From an uncultured Rikenella sp. (GTDB lineage Bacteria; Bacteroidota; Bacteroidia; Bacteroidales; VadinHA17), in NCBI GenBank assembly GCA_964535795.1, contig CAZHTG010000012.1, positions 3,729 through 67,728 on the forward strand: a stretch of 64,000 nt of DNA, written 5' to 3'. Numbering within the stretch: position 1 is the first letter of the stretch; each line of letters begins with the position of its first letter. Positions 46,801-55,880 of the stretch are shown here, in pieces. The notes under the pieces are model-generated. The model saw only the letters and a program-made list of their open reading frames with translations, did no database searches and was not told the DNA's origin. The position numbers and the translations under genes are program-made.

Positions 46801-46891
46801 GGTCAAGTTCCTGATAGCAATAGGAGTAGTCCTGCTGCTCCACAAGGTTGGAACCGATGTGGTTCAGCCTTTCATCTACTTCAGGTTCTGA
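43886..46891 (+). CDS. fusion protein: N-terminal TM + SGNH/GDSL-type esterase/acyltransferase domain, C-terminal MBOAT O-acyltransferase (AlgI/PatA/DltB-like)
   Basis: SGNH blocks [22 protein letters not shown] and KDLTHLS. The MBOAT part has [24 protein letters not shown] and the catalytic-His context LGGLWHGAA. Confidence 0.85.
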   Translation: [1001 protein letters not shown]

Positions 46892-46976
46892 GGAGTTACC
46901 GTTTCCTTCACCCTTTTTACTGCATCAGGTTGTGAGGATCTCCCGTTTCCTTCAGTCTTCTTTCAGCACCAGGTCA
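46863..46976 (+). repeat. about 2.6 tandem copies of a 44-nt unit beginning inside the 3' end of the MBOAT gene
   Basis: Copy A (46889-46932) and copy B (46933-46976) match at 33 of 44 positions. The last 26 nt of the CDS match the second half of the unit at 19 of 26. Confidence 0.7.
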
Positions 46977-47000
46977 TGAAAATCTATTGCCGTGGTGAGT

Positions 47001-49364
47001 CTATTTTCTTGACTCTGTCATTAATTCAGCTTCCGATATCCCTTCCGAGACGGCCCTTATCATTATCCTTCCCGGGTTTGTGCCGGCCCTGAGCAGGATT
47101 GAAGCTACCCCGGCTTCTGCCCTGGCAGGATTATCACCGATAAGCTCCGCATCACCCCTCACCGAGAATTCCACCAGGGAGCCGGCGTTATGGGCAGGGT
47201 TACCGCCGGAGTCAACCACCGCAGCATGAATAAATATGACATCCGAACCAATAGCCCGCAGCGTCTTGTTACTGAAGTCTGCCATCAGTCGCAATGCAGC
47301 CGGCGGCCCGGGTGTGGTGACGCTGTGTGAGACGAACTCGTTTCCATTCTTCAGCCCCGTCGCCCTCAGTGTCCCCGGTGAATACCCCGGCAGGGTGAAG
47401 GTAAAGGGGGGATGGGTGAGGTTCGTCGTTGTCGGATCACGGTCAGGTCCCCGGACATCGATCAGGGTATCATTCCGGAACAGCTTCACGCTGTCGGCGT
47501 TGCTGTATACCTTTACCATGTTCCCTGAAGAAGGGAGGTTATGATGCGCTATGAAGCATACCGGGCCATCGTCTGACTGGCTCCGGTAGAACCAGTAGGC
47601 GAACTTCGGAATCCTGAAGATATTCATTATGCCCGAGGCTGAAATACCAGGGGAGCAACCCCTGTTGTAGTCGAACATAAGCCAGTTGGCGTCACCGATT
47701 CCCGGTCCTGCAAGGTTATCATTATGAGCCTCCTGAAAATAATTTGCCTGTTGCAGAAGCCGGCCTTCTCCCTCACCGGGCATCTGCCCTGAGCCTGTCA
47801 GGGCAGGTTCCTGTTCACTGATGCCTGTCAGGCTGAGACCTTCATTCTCAGCGCAGGACTCCCGGTTCCCGTACTTAGCAATGAAGAGTGGCTTCCGGGC
47901 ATTGTACCCGCTTAGGTAATCGGGAGTTAGTGGCTGCTTTCTTGCAGGAATGAAGACATCGCAGATGGTATCCATCCAGCTGCAGGTATAGTTGTTTCCG
48001 TAGGGAAGCTCCTCCTTTACCGTCTCATGCAGGCGCCGGAGGAAGCTGTATGGCATGACGGTCTCATTGAGCGAGGCCTCCCACATCACCACCGACGGAT
48101 GGTTGCGGTCACGGCGGCACATCATTCGCGTGTCACTTACGGAGGCTTCTGCGAAGATTGAATCTCCCATCTGCCGCCATCCGGGGATGGCATCAATTAC
48201 CAGCAGTCCCATCTCATCGCAGGCGTTGAGGAAGGCCGGGGAGGGAGGGTAGTGCGAACAACGGACAATATTGAAGCCCGCTTCCCTGATCTTGGAGGCA
48301 TCACGGTAGCTTGCCTCGTCAGAGAGGGCGTAACCTATGTAGGGATATTCCTGGTGCCTGTTGGTGCCTGTAAGCCTTAACGGTTCTCCGTTCAGTATCA
48401 GCCCCATGTCAGAGGTTATCCTCACCGATCTTATTCCGGTCCGTGTCTCGCGCCTGTCAATGACGCCCTTGTCTGACTGCAGTTCGGTGACCAGTGTGTA
48501 TAGGAACGGTTGGTCATGCGACCAGAGAGCTGGCTGCATGACAATGATTTTTGTCACCAGTCGCCTGCTTTGCCCGGGCTCCAGCTCCACGCGTTCGGAG
48601 CGTGATGATGCGATATCAAGGCCGGCAGCATCAAGCAGCGTATTCTTCATATGAAAAGAGCGCGGTGTGCGGTCATCATTGGCTACATGAACCGACACTG
48701 TGACGGTAGCCGCCTCCCGGCTTATATCGCGCGACCCGATGATTATGCCGCCGCCAGGAACCGACTGAACCTCCGGCGGAGAGGTGATGTGAAGCCTGTC
48801 AGTCACATACAGGCTCACGTTGCGGTAAAGACCGCTGTACCATAAAAAATCAAGCTCCGACAATGGCTTGCCGGGCGGAATGTCAGGGTTCTCCCTGTTG
48901 TCAAGCCTTACCAGGATCTCATTCTCCCTGCCATAATCAAGATCATCGGTAAGGTTAACATAAAACGGAACATAACCCCCTGAATGCCGGTCTATCTCGG
49001 CACCATTGAGATAAATTATGGCGTCATGCATGGCGCCGTCAAAGAGAAGCCCGGTGTGCCTGTGCCTCTGCCTCTTCTCTGCCCTGAAGACCTTCTTGTA
49101 CCAGCAAATGCCCGTCCACTGGCTGCCTGATATGACAAGGGGCTCAATAAATGCAGAATGTGGCAGCGTTACCTCCTCCCACTTGTGATTGGGAATGATC
49201 CCGGGAAGGATCTTGTCAATGTTTGCCGAGTCCTGCCTGATGAACATCCATCCGTCATTGAAGGAGACAGGCATTCCCTCCCTGTCACTTCTGTTACATC
49301 CGGAAGAGAGGGCCAGTATCACCAGGAGGACAAGGACTGATAATATGCCGTTCCTGTTGTTCAT
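47001..49364 (-). CDS. glycoside hydrolase family 2 (beta-galactosidase/beta-mannosidase/glucuronidase-like), exported lipoprotein
   Basis: NHPSVVMWEASLNE acid/base region, sugar-binding and Ig-like GH2 architecture, signal LALSSGC. Confidence 0.85.
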   Translation of the reverse strand: MNNRNGILSVLVLLVILALSSGCNRSDREGMPVSFNDGWMFIRQDSANIDKILPGIIPNHKWEEVTLPHSAFIEPLVISGSQWTGICWYKKVFRAEKRQRHRHTGLLFDGAMHDAIIYLNGAEIDRHSGGYVPFYVNLTDDLDYGRENEILVRLDNRENPDIPPGKPLSELDFLWYSGLYRNVSLYVTDRLHITSPPEVQSVPGGGIIIGSRDISREAATVTVSVHVANDDRTPRSFHMKNTLLDAAGLDIASSRSERVELEPGQSRRLVTKIIVMQPALWSHDQPFLYTLVTELQSDKGVIDRRETRTGIRSVRITSDMGLILNGEPLRLTGTNRHQEYPYIGYALSDEASYRDASKIREAGFNIVRCSHYPPSPAFLNACDEMGLLVIDAIPGWRQMGDSIFAEASVSDTRMMCRRDRNHPSVVMWEASLNETVMPYSFLRRLHETVKEELPYGNNYTCSWMDTICDVFIPARKQPLTPDYLSGYNARKPLFIAKYGNRESCAENEGLSLTGISEQEPALTGSGQMPGEGEGRLLQQANYFQEAHNDNLAGPGIGDANWLMFDYNRGCSPGISASGIMNIFRIPKFAYWFYRSQSDDGPVCFIAHHNLPSSGNMVKVYSNADSVKLFRNDTLIDVRGPDRDPTTTNLTHPPFTFTLPGYSPGTLRATGLKNGNEFVSHSVTTPGPPAALRLMADFSNKTLRAIGSDVIFIHAAVVDSGGNPAHNAGSLVEFSVRGDAELIGDNPARAEAGVASILLRAGTNPGRIMIRAVSEGISEAELMTESRK

Positions 49365-50539
49365 AATTCTCCGAAACCCGAAACAGGGTGAGCATAAGCG
49401 ATCACATCCCTGCCGGTGATCACATCGGGACAGAGTATGATGAGACGTTCAAGCACATTCCTGAACTCCCTTATATTGCCTGTCCACTTAATCTTCTGCA
49501 GTTCGGCTATGGCATCCGGTCCTATCTTCTTCCTGCTCATGCCGTACTCACCGCAGATCAGGGTGTTGAAGTGTTCGGCCAGAACGGGGATGTCATCACT
49601 TCTCTCGTTGAGAGTGGGTACATGGATCAGGATGACGCTCAACCGGTGGTAGAGGTCCTCGCGGAAGGTGTTGCGGTCAATCTCATCCCTGATATTCTTG
49701 TTTGTTGCGGCAATGACCCTGACATCCACATGGATGTCCTTGTCGGATCCCACGCGTGTTATCTTGTTCTCCTGCAGTGCCCTCAGCACCTTGGCCTGTG
49801 CTGCCAGGCTCATGTCTCCCACCTCGTCGAGGAAGATGGTTCCGCCGGTGGCCTGTTCAAACTTGCCGATACGCTGCTTGATGGCCGATGTGAAAGACCC
49901 TTTCTCATGCCCGAAGAGCTCACTCTCGATCAGTTCCGAGGGTATGGCTGCGCAGTTGACCTCCACGAACGGTCCCCTGGCCCGGTTGCTCTTTTCATGA
50001 ATCTGGTGGGCGACAAGTTCCTTGCCTGTGCCGTTTGCACCTGTGATGAGCACGCGAGCCTCCGTGGGAGCAACCCTGTCAATCATCTCCTTTACCGCTA
50101 TGATGGAGGGTGAAGAGCCTACTATTTCAAACTTCCTGCTTACCTGTTTCTTAAGGACCTTGGTCTGGGTAATCAGCGACCCTCTTTCTAGTGCGTTGCG
50201 GATGGTGATCAGCAACCGGTTCAGATCCAGCGGCTTCTCAAGGAAATCAAATGCCCCCTTCCTGATTGCATCTACAGCAGTGTCTATGTTACCATGGCCG
50301 GATATCATTATAACAGGGACATCAGCCGAGTGCTCCTGTAACTTCTGGAGGACCTCTATGCCATCCATTTTCGCCATCTTGATGTCACAGAGAACGACAT
50401 CATAAGAACCCTGTGTAAAGAGCTCTGTTCCCGAGATGCCCTCCTCTGCAAGATCAACCTCATATTTTTCGTATTCAAGCACATCCTTCAGGGTGTTCCT
50501 GATGGACTTCTCGTCATCGATGACCAGTATCTTCGGCAT
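49361..50539 (-). CDS. sigma-54 enhancer-binding response regulator (REC + AAA+), no C-terminal DNA-binding domain
   Basis: REC (VVLCDIKMAKMDG), Walker A GANGTGKE, GSFTSA in place of GAFTGA, and GNIREFRNVLERLIIL. The protein ends about 25 aa later with no Fis-type HTH. Confidence 0.85.
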   Translation of the reverse strand: MPKILVIDDEKSIRNTLKDVLEYEKYEVDLAEEGISGTELFTQGSYDVVLCDIKMAKMDGIEVLQKLQEHSADVPVIMISGHGNIDTAVDAIRKGAFDFLEKPLDLNRLLITIRNALERGSLITQTKVLKKQVSRKFEIVGSSPSIIAVKEMIDRVAPTEARVLITGANGTGKELVAHQIHEKSNRARGPFVEVNCAAIPSELIESELFGHEKGSFTSAIKQRIGKFEQATGGTIFLDEVGDMSLAAQAKVLRALQENKITRVGSDKDIHVDVRVIAATNKNIRDEIDRNTFREDLYHRLSVILIHVPTLNERSDDIPVLAEHFNTLICGEYGMSRKKIGPDAIAELQKIKWTGNIREFRNVLERLIILCPDVITGRDVIAYAHPVSGFGEL

Positions 50540-50551
50540 TTCAGGCTCTGT

Positions 50552-51907
50552 TTATCCTTTATATGTCAGCCACTTCCACAGTTCCTTGTAAGAACTCTTC
50601 TTCCCGTACATGAGTATGCCGGTCCGGTATATTTTTGCCGCCATCCAGACTGCCCCGACAAGTGTGAGGACCATCAGGCTCATCGACAGTGCTATCTCCC
50701 AGGCCGGGACGTCAAAGGGAATGCGGGCCACCATCACGATGGGAGAGGTAAGGGGTATCATTGAGAACCAGAATGAGAGTGAGCTCTCGGGGTTCTGCAT
50801 TGTGCCCATGGCTACAATCAGTCCGAGAATAATAGGTATTGTAACCGGCAGCATGAACTGCTGAGTCTCCGTCTCATTGTCAACCGCTGATCCTATTGCA
50901 GCGAAAAGTGAGGCATAGAGCAGATACCCGGTGATGAAGTAGAAGATGAAGCTGAAAATGATCAGTCCCCACGGCTGGTTCATTGCATTGACAAAGAGCG
51001 ACTGGAACTCGGTTATCTGTTCCGCCGAAATTGCCGCTGCCTGTGTTCCGGCAATCGACTGGTCTGCTTCGGCTAAGCTCTGCGGGAGTTGCTGTATCTG
51101 CTCCATGGTTCCTTCGGGAAGCACATTTGCCTTAACCACCGTCACTATAGCCAGGGTAAGGATGATCCAGAGGCCGAACTGGGTCAGACCAACCAAAGCA
51201 ACACCAATGATTTTTCCAAGCATCAGCTGAACGGGTTTGACCGAAGATATGATCACCTCCACGATACGGTTGGTCTTCTCCTCTATCACCCCGCGCATGA
51301 CCATCGATCCGAACATGAAAACAAGCATGTACATCAGGAATCCGCTGATGTAAGCCAGTGCCATTGATATGCCGGTGCTGGTCTGTGTCACGCCTCCCGA
51401 TTCGTCAATCTTAACGGTCTGTACCTTGACGCTGGTGTTGATGGTTTTGAGTATCTCATCAAGGTTCTCGATGTTGTATGCCAGGAGTTTCTGCTTCTCT
51501 ATCTCCTTTTCGAGCGAGCCCGAGATATGGTCCAGGAGGCCCATGGGCGGCTGTTTCTTCGAGATAAGCTGGATAGCATTGGGGGTGGTGATGATCTGGG
51601 GAGAGATGTAGAGCACCCCGTAATAGCCCATATCAGCGAAGTTGTTCTTAATGTCATCCAGCCTTACGCCTGTGAGGTATTCGAAGTCAGTGTCCTTGGT
51701 GTCAGGAATGACATTGGTGAAGAGATCGGAGCCGTCTTCGATGACGGCAATCTTCTTGAAATCCTTGTCATCGCTTGACATGACCAGTGCCGGAATGACG
51801 AAGATGAGGGCAAAGAGGAAAGGTGTCAGCAGGGTCATTATGATGAATGACTTCTTGCGTACCCGTGTGATGTACTCCCTGCGGATTATTAAGGATATTT
51901 TGTTCAT
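50552..51907 (-). CDS. ABC-2 type transporter permease (NatB-like)
   Basis: N-terminal TM, a large extracytoplasmic loop, and 5 C-terminal TM helices. 451 aa. Confidence 0.8.
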   Translation of the reverse strand: MNKISLIIRREYITRVRKKSFIIMTLLTPFLFALIFVIPALVMSSDDKDFKKIAVIEDGSDLFTNVIPDTKDTDFEYLTGVRLDDIKNNFADMGYYGVLYISPQIITTPNAIQLISKKQPPMGLLDHISGSLEKEIEKQKLLAYNIENLDEILKTINTSVKVQTVKIDESGGVTQTSTGISMALAYISGFLMYMLVFMFGSMVMRGVIEEKTNRIVEVIISSVKPVQLMLGKIIGVALVGLTQFGLWIILTLAIVTVVKANVLPEGTMEQIQQLPQSLAEADQSIAGTQAAAISAEQITEFQSLFVNAMNQPWGLIIFSFIFYFITGYLLYASLFAAIGSAVDNETETQQFMLPVTIPIILGLIVAMGTMQNPESSLSFWFSMIPLTSPIVMVARIPFDVPAWEIALSMSLMVLTLVGAVWMAAKIYRTGILMYGKKSSYKELWKWLTYKG

Positions 51908-51910
51908 GGC

Positions 51911-52837
51911 TCAGATTGTTGCAGCTTCCTTGTTTTTTGCTTCCACGACTCTGATGAATATTTCATTCATTGAGGGCAGCGCCGGATTAAATGACACCAC
52001 CTTGCCTGCCGATGTCATGGCCCGTATAATTTCGTTTGTATCTCCTGTCTCTGCCGCCTTGATCCGCACCATGCTCTTACCCTCCTCAAAGGCAGAACTG
52101 AGAATTGAGAAATGGCCGTTGCCTGATGGCGTCACGTTACCGTCGAAGACAATGTCATATTCACTTGCCGCCCACTCATTGCGGATTTTATCGACGCTTC
52201 CCTCGAGTATCGTATGGGCTTTGTTGATCAGGGTAATATTGTCACACAACTCTTCCACCGAGCTCATGTTATGAGTTGAGAAGATGATTGTTGCCCCCCT
52301 TTCCCTGAGGAAGAGGATCTCATCCTTTATCTGCTTGACGTTGATCGGATCAAACCCGGTAAAGGGTTCATCGAAGATAAGCAGCTTCGGCTCATGCAGC
52401 ACCGTGGTAACGAACTGCACCTTCTGCTGCATGCCTTTTGACAGCTCCTCAACCTTTTTGTCCCACCATCCGGTTATCTCCAGTTTTTTGAACCAGTATT
52501 TCAGGCGACGCATGGCTTCAGCGTGGCTTAGGCCCTTTAGCTGGGCAAGGTAGAGGGCCTGCTCTCCGACCCTCATTTTCTTGTACAGACCACGCTCTTC
52601 GGGCAGGTATCCGATGTTGTGCACATCTTCAGGCTTTACCGGGCGGCCATTGAGAAATATTGCGCCGCTGTCGGGAGCAGTGATCTGGTTGATAATACGG
52701 ATCAGAGTTGTTTTGCCGGCACCGTTTGGTCCGAGAAGGCCGTATATGCTCTGCTCGGGGACGCTTATGCTGACTTCGTCGAGAGCAGTCTGGGTTGCAA
52801 AGCGTTTGGTTACCTTTTGGGCTTCAAATAGTATCAT
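51911..52837 (-). CDS. ABC transporter ATP-binding protein (NatA-like)
   Basis: Walker A GPNGAGKTT, signature LSKGMQQK, Walker B LLIFDEP. Confidence 0.92.
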   Translation of the reverse strand: MILFEAQKVTKRFATQTALDEVSISVPEQSIYGLLGPNGAGKTTLIRIINQITAPDSGAIFLNGRPVKPEDVHNIGYLPEERGLYKKMRVGEQALYLAQLKGLSHAEAMRRLKYWFKKLEITGWWDKKVEELSKGMQQKVQFVTTVLHEPKLLIFDEPFTGFDPINVKQIKDEILFLRERGATIIFSTHNMSSVEELCDNITLINKAHTILEGSVDKIRNEWAASEYDIVFDGNVTPSGNGHFSILSSAFEEGKSMVRIKAAETGDTNEIIRAMTSAGKVVSFNPALPSMNEIFIRVVEAKNKEAATI

Positions 52838-52874
52838 TTTCTTTCCACGATTAAATCTGTCAGTCCGGGAATTT

Positions 52875-52882
52875 CAAAGATA
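52875..52882 (-). promoter_or_regulatory. -7 box (TATCTTTG) for the ABC/EBP/GH2 operon
   Basis: Exact TAnnTTTG match on the minus strand, 38 nt upstream of the ATG at 52837. Confidence 0.4.
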
Positions 52883-52888
52883 TAAAAA

Positions 52889-52922
52889 AGGTTGATACGC
52901 CCCCAGGGAAGCGGATCAACCT
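52889..52922 (-). terminator. rho-independent terminator of dnaJ
   Basis: Stem aggttgat/atcaacct with inner cgc/gcg pairs. The minus strand is followed by a T run. Confidence 0.7.
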
Positions 52923-52943
52923 TTATCTGCACTATTAAAGTCT

Positions 52944-54092
52944 TTATGAAAAGTAATTTTTTACCCTGTCGAAGAAGCCTTTGTCATCAGCGTCGGGCTT
53001 GGGGGTGAAAGTAGGGGAGGTACGGTATTGCTCAATGTTCTTCATCTCCTCCTTCGTGAGGTTTTTTGGAATCCAGACGTTTACATTGACGAGCAGGTCG
53101 CCCTTACCATACCCGTTTACGTCAGGCAGACCCTTTCCACGGAGCCGGAGTATTTTGCCGCCCTGTGTCCCGGGGTCGATCTTTATTCTCACCTTGCCGT
53201 CGATGGTAGGTACCTCAACGTTGGCGCCCAGGATGGCGTCGGGGATGCTTATGAAGAGATTATAGATAAGGTCATTGCCCTCGCGCACCAGTTCGTCGTG
53301 GGGCTCCTCGTCTATCACCACAATAAGGTCTCCGTTGATGCCGCCGCGGCGAGCGGCGTTACCCTTGCCCGTCACGGATAGCTGCATGCCGGGTGCGAGT
53401 CCTGCGGGTATAGAGAGCGGTATCACCTCCTCTGCCTGCGTTATCCCTTCGCCATAGCACTTATGGCATTTTTTTGTTATCACCTTGCCTTCGCCGCCGC
53501 ACACATTGCAGGCAGCGGTGGTCTGCATCTGCCCGAGGATGGTGTTCATCACCCTGGTGGTATGACCGGTGCCCTTGCATGCCGTACATGTTGTCACGTC
53601 ACTGTCAGAGGCGGCACCGCTGCCGTGACAGGTGTTGCAGGTGACATATTTGGTGACCCTGACCTTTTTCTCGGCCCCATGTGCAAACTCCTCGAGGGTG
53701 AGCTTTACCTTTAACCTCAGGTTAGTCCCCCTGTTGACGTTGCGTGAACGCCCTCCGCCCCTGCGGGATCCGAAGGCTCCACCGAAGGCATCACCGAAGA
53801 TATCACCGAATGATGAGAAGATGTCTTCCATGGTCATGCCGCCGCCGAAGCCGCCGCCCATGTTGTTGCCCATGCCGGCATGCCCGAACTGGTCGTAGCG
53901 GGCCTTCTTGTCATCATTGCTGAGGACCTCATAGGCCTCGGCCGCCTCCTTAAATTTCTCCTCGGCATCCTTGTCGCCGGTGTTCTTGTCAGGATGGTAC
54001 TTGAGGGCCTGCTTGCGGTAAGCCTTTTTAATCTCATCCTTCGAGGCCCCCTTGCTGACGCCCAGAATTTCGTAATAGTCTCTTTTCGACAT
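52944..54092 (-). CDS. dnaJ: molecular chaperone DnaJ
   Basis: J domain (KYHPDKN), G/F region and four CxxCxGxG zinc motifs. Confidence 0.97.
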   Translation of the reverse strand: MSKRDYYEILGVSKGASKDEIKKAYRKQALKYHPDKNTGDKDAEEKFKEAAEAYEVLSNDDKKARYDQFGHAGMGNNMGGGFGGGMTMEDIFSSFGDIFGDAFGGAFGSRRGGGRSRNVNRGTNLRLKVKLTLEEFAHGAEKKVRVTKYVTCNTCHGSGAASDSDVTTCTACKGTGHTTRVMNTILGQMQTTAACNVCGGEGKVITKKCHKCYGEGITQAEEVIPLSIPAGLAPGMQLSVTGKGNAARRGGINGDLIVVIDEEPHDELVREGNDLIYNLFISIPDAILGANVEVPTIDGKVRIKIDPGTQGGKILRLRGKGLPDVNGYGKGDLLVNVNVWIPKNLTKEEMKNIEQYRTSPTFTPKPDADDKGFFDRVKNYFS

Positions 54093-54114
54093 GTTTCAGT
54101 GCAGAACCTAACTG

Positions 54115-54705
54115 TTATTCACCCACTACCACCTTGGGGTGGCGGATCACTTTTTCATTGAGGGTATACCCCTTCTGGGTAACCTCTATTATCCTTCCCT
54201 TCATGGCATCATCGTCAACAGCCATGCCGGTCACGGCATCATGAAGGTCACTGTTGAATGGTTCGTTTACTGCCTCTATCTCCTTCACACCGTTCTGTCT
54301 GAGGAAATCATATATCTTCACATAGATAAGCTCCAGCCCTGCCTTCACGGCACTGCAGTCGTCCGTTGCCCGCATCGAAATCATTGCCCTGTCAAAGTCG
54401 TCAATGATGGGAAGCAGGTTTCTGATTACCGATTCACCGCCTGTCTGCGCCAGCTCTATCTTCTCGCGAAGGGTTCTTTTCCGGTAATTGTCAAACTCAG
54501 CTGATAAACGGAGGTATCTGTCCTGCATTTCTGTCAGTTTTTCGTGCATCTCGTCTTCGGCATTGCCACTCATGCCCGACTCCTTTTCGTCGGGGGTTGT
54601 TGTGCGCCCTGACTCATCAGACTCTGCATTGAACTGATTTTCTTGTGTTTCATTTGCATGCATGGGTTCATCATGCCTCTCTTCGTGACTTCTCTTTTTC
54701 ACCAT
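54115..54705 (-). CDS. grpE: nucleotide exchange factor GrpE
   Basis: RLSAEFDNYRKR motif. Lies upstream of dnaJ. Confidence 0.95.
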   Translation of the reverse strand: MVKKRSHEERHDEPMHANETQENQFNAESDESGRTTTPDEKESGMSGNAEDEMHEKLTEMQDRYLRLSAEFDNYRKRTLREKIELAQTGGESVIRNLLPIIDDFDRAMISMRATDDCSAVKAGLELIYVKIYDFLRQNGVKEIEAVNEPFNSDLHDAVTGMAVDDDAMKGRIIEVTQKGYTLNEKVIRHPKVVVGE

Positions 54706-54776
54706 GATAAAAAATCTTTACTACCGGCCTCTAAGCAAAATGCCGGCCATAATGATAAACATGACAAAGTGGCAAA

Positions 54777-55160
54777 TCAGAGGGTGAAGGCCACTGCCTC
54801 GATCTCTACCAGGCACCCGTGATGGAGGTCTGACACCGTAATGATTGACCGGGCCGGTTGCACGGGGCCGAAGAAGTCAGCGTACACCCTGTTGACCTCC
54901 TCCCACGATTTGACATCCGTAGTATAAATTGTTGTCCGTGCAATGGTCGTGATATCACCTCCTGCCGCTCTGACAATGCTGAGTACGTTTTTCAGCGCCT
55001 GCAGGGTCTGCTCGCTGATGCCTCCGGTTGTTTTATCACCCGTCAGCGGAACAAAAGGCAGCTGGCCGGAAACAAAGATCACATTCCCCGAGACAACAGC
55101 CTGGGAGTAATGGCCACCGGGCAGCGGTGCCTCATATGTCTTTACGCTGGTGATGCTCAT
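54777..55160 (-). CDS. ridA: RidA/YjgF family reactive-intermediate deaminase
   Basis: 127 aa. YSQAV...GQLP...ARSIITVSDLHHGCLVEIEAVA. Confidence 0.85.
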   Translation of the reverse strand: MSITSVKTYEAPLPGGHYSQAVVSGNVIFVSGQLPFVPLTGDKTTGGISEQTLQALKNVLSIVRAAGGDITTIARTTIYTTDVKSWEEVNRVYADFFGPVQPARSIITVSDLHHGCLVEIEAVAFTL

Positions 55161-55180
55161 GACCTGTCAGTATGAAATTG

Positions 55181-55843
55181 TTAATACCCGTTCTTGTGTT
55201 TTTTCTTCCCCTGTTTGTTTGACCTTCCCTGGTATTTATCCTGAGGCCTTCCCTGGTACCTGCTCTGCGTTTTGCTCTTGGGCGGTGCAAGAAGCTCCTT
55301 GATATCCGGCATTTTGAAGTTCTCAGGAACCTTCAGCCTGTTGCCAGACATATCCATCAGGTCCCTTATGATGAGGTCATCGGCCACCTGGGCTTTGTTC
55401 CAGGTAAGGTAATCTTTCTTCATCTGGTTAAGAATGAGAGATGTCAGGTAATCCTTCTCCTCTCCGTCTTCCATTGCAGAGGCGGCTTCTATCAGAGCCG
55501 GCACTATGCGACCATAATGAGCATACCTGATATCGCCGTTATGATATGGCACCTTGTTGGGCTTGGCATCAAGCTTGGAACGGTCAGGTGCCGGATAGGG
55601 AGAGTCGACAGCCAGATCGAAATCGGCGATTATCATCAGATGATCCCACAGCTTGTGCCTGAAGTCCGTTACCTCCCTCAGGTTCGGATTGAGATTGCCC
55701 ATGATCTGAATGATGGTTCTGGCAGCCTGGTTCCTCTCCTCGGGATCCTTGATGGTCTTGATATGTTCAATCATTTTCAGAACATTCCTTCCATATTCCG
55801 GCAGGGACATTCTTTTTCTCTGTGTGTTGTAGTCGAAACTCAT
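55181..55843 (-). CDS. DUF4290 domain protein
   Basis: MSFDYNTQRKRMSLPEYGRNVLKMIEH family signature with a basic, Q-rich tail. The start at M32 of the track ORF avoids overlap with the next gene. Confidence 0.7.
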   Translation of the reverse strand: MSFDYNTQRKRMSLPEYGRNVLKMIEHIKTIKDPEERNQAARTIIQIMGNLNPNLREVTDFRHKLWDHLMIIADFDLAVDSPYPAPDRSKLDAKPNKVPYHNGDIRYAHYGRIVPALIEAASAMEDGEEKDYLTSLILNQMKKDYLTWNKAQVADDLIIRDLMDMSGNRLKVPENFKMPDIKELLAPPKSKTQSRYQGRPQDKYQGRSNKQGKKKHKNGY

Positions 55844-55880
55844 CTGGTAAATTTTGGCAAAACTAATAATAATATTGGTC

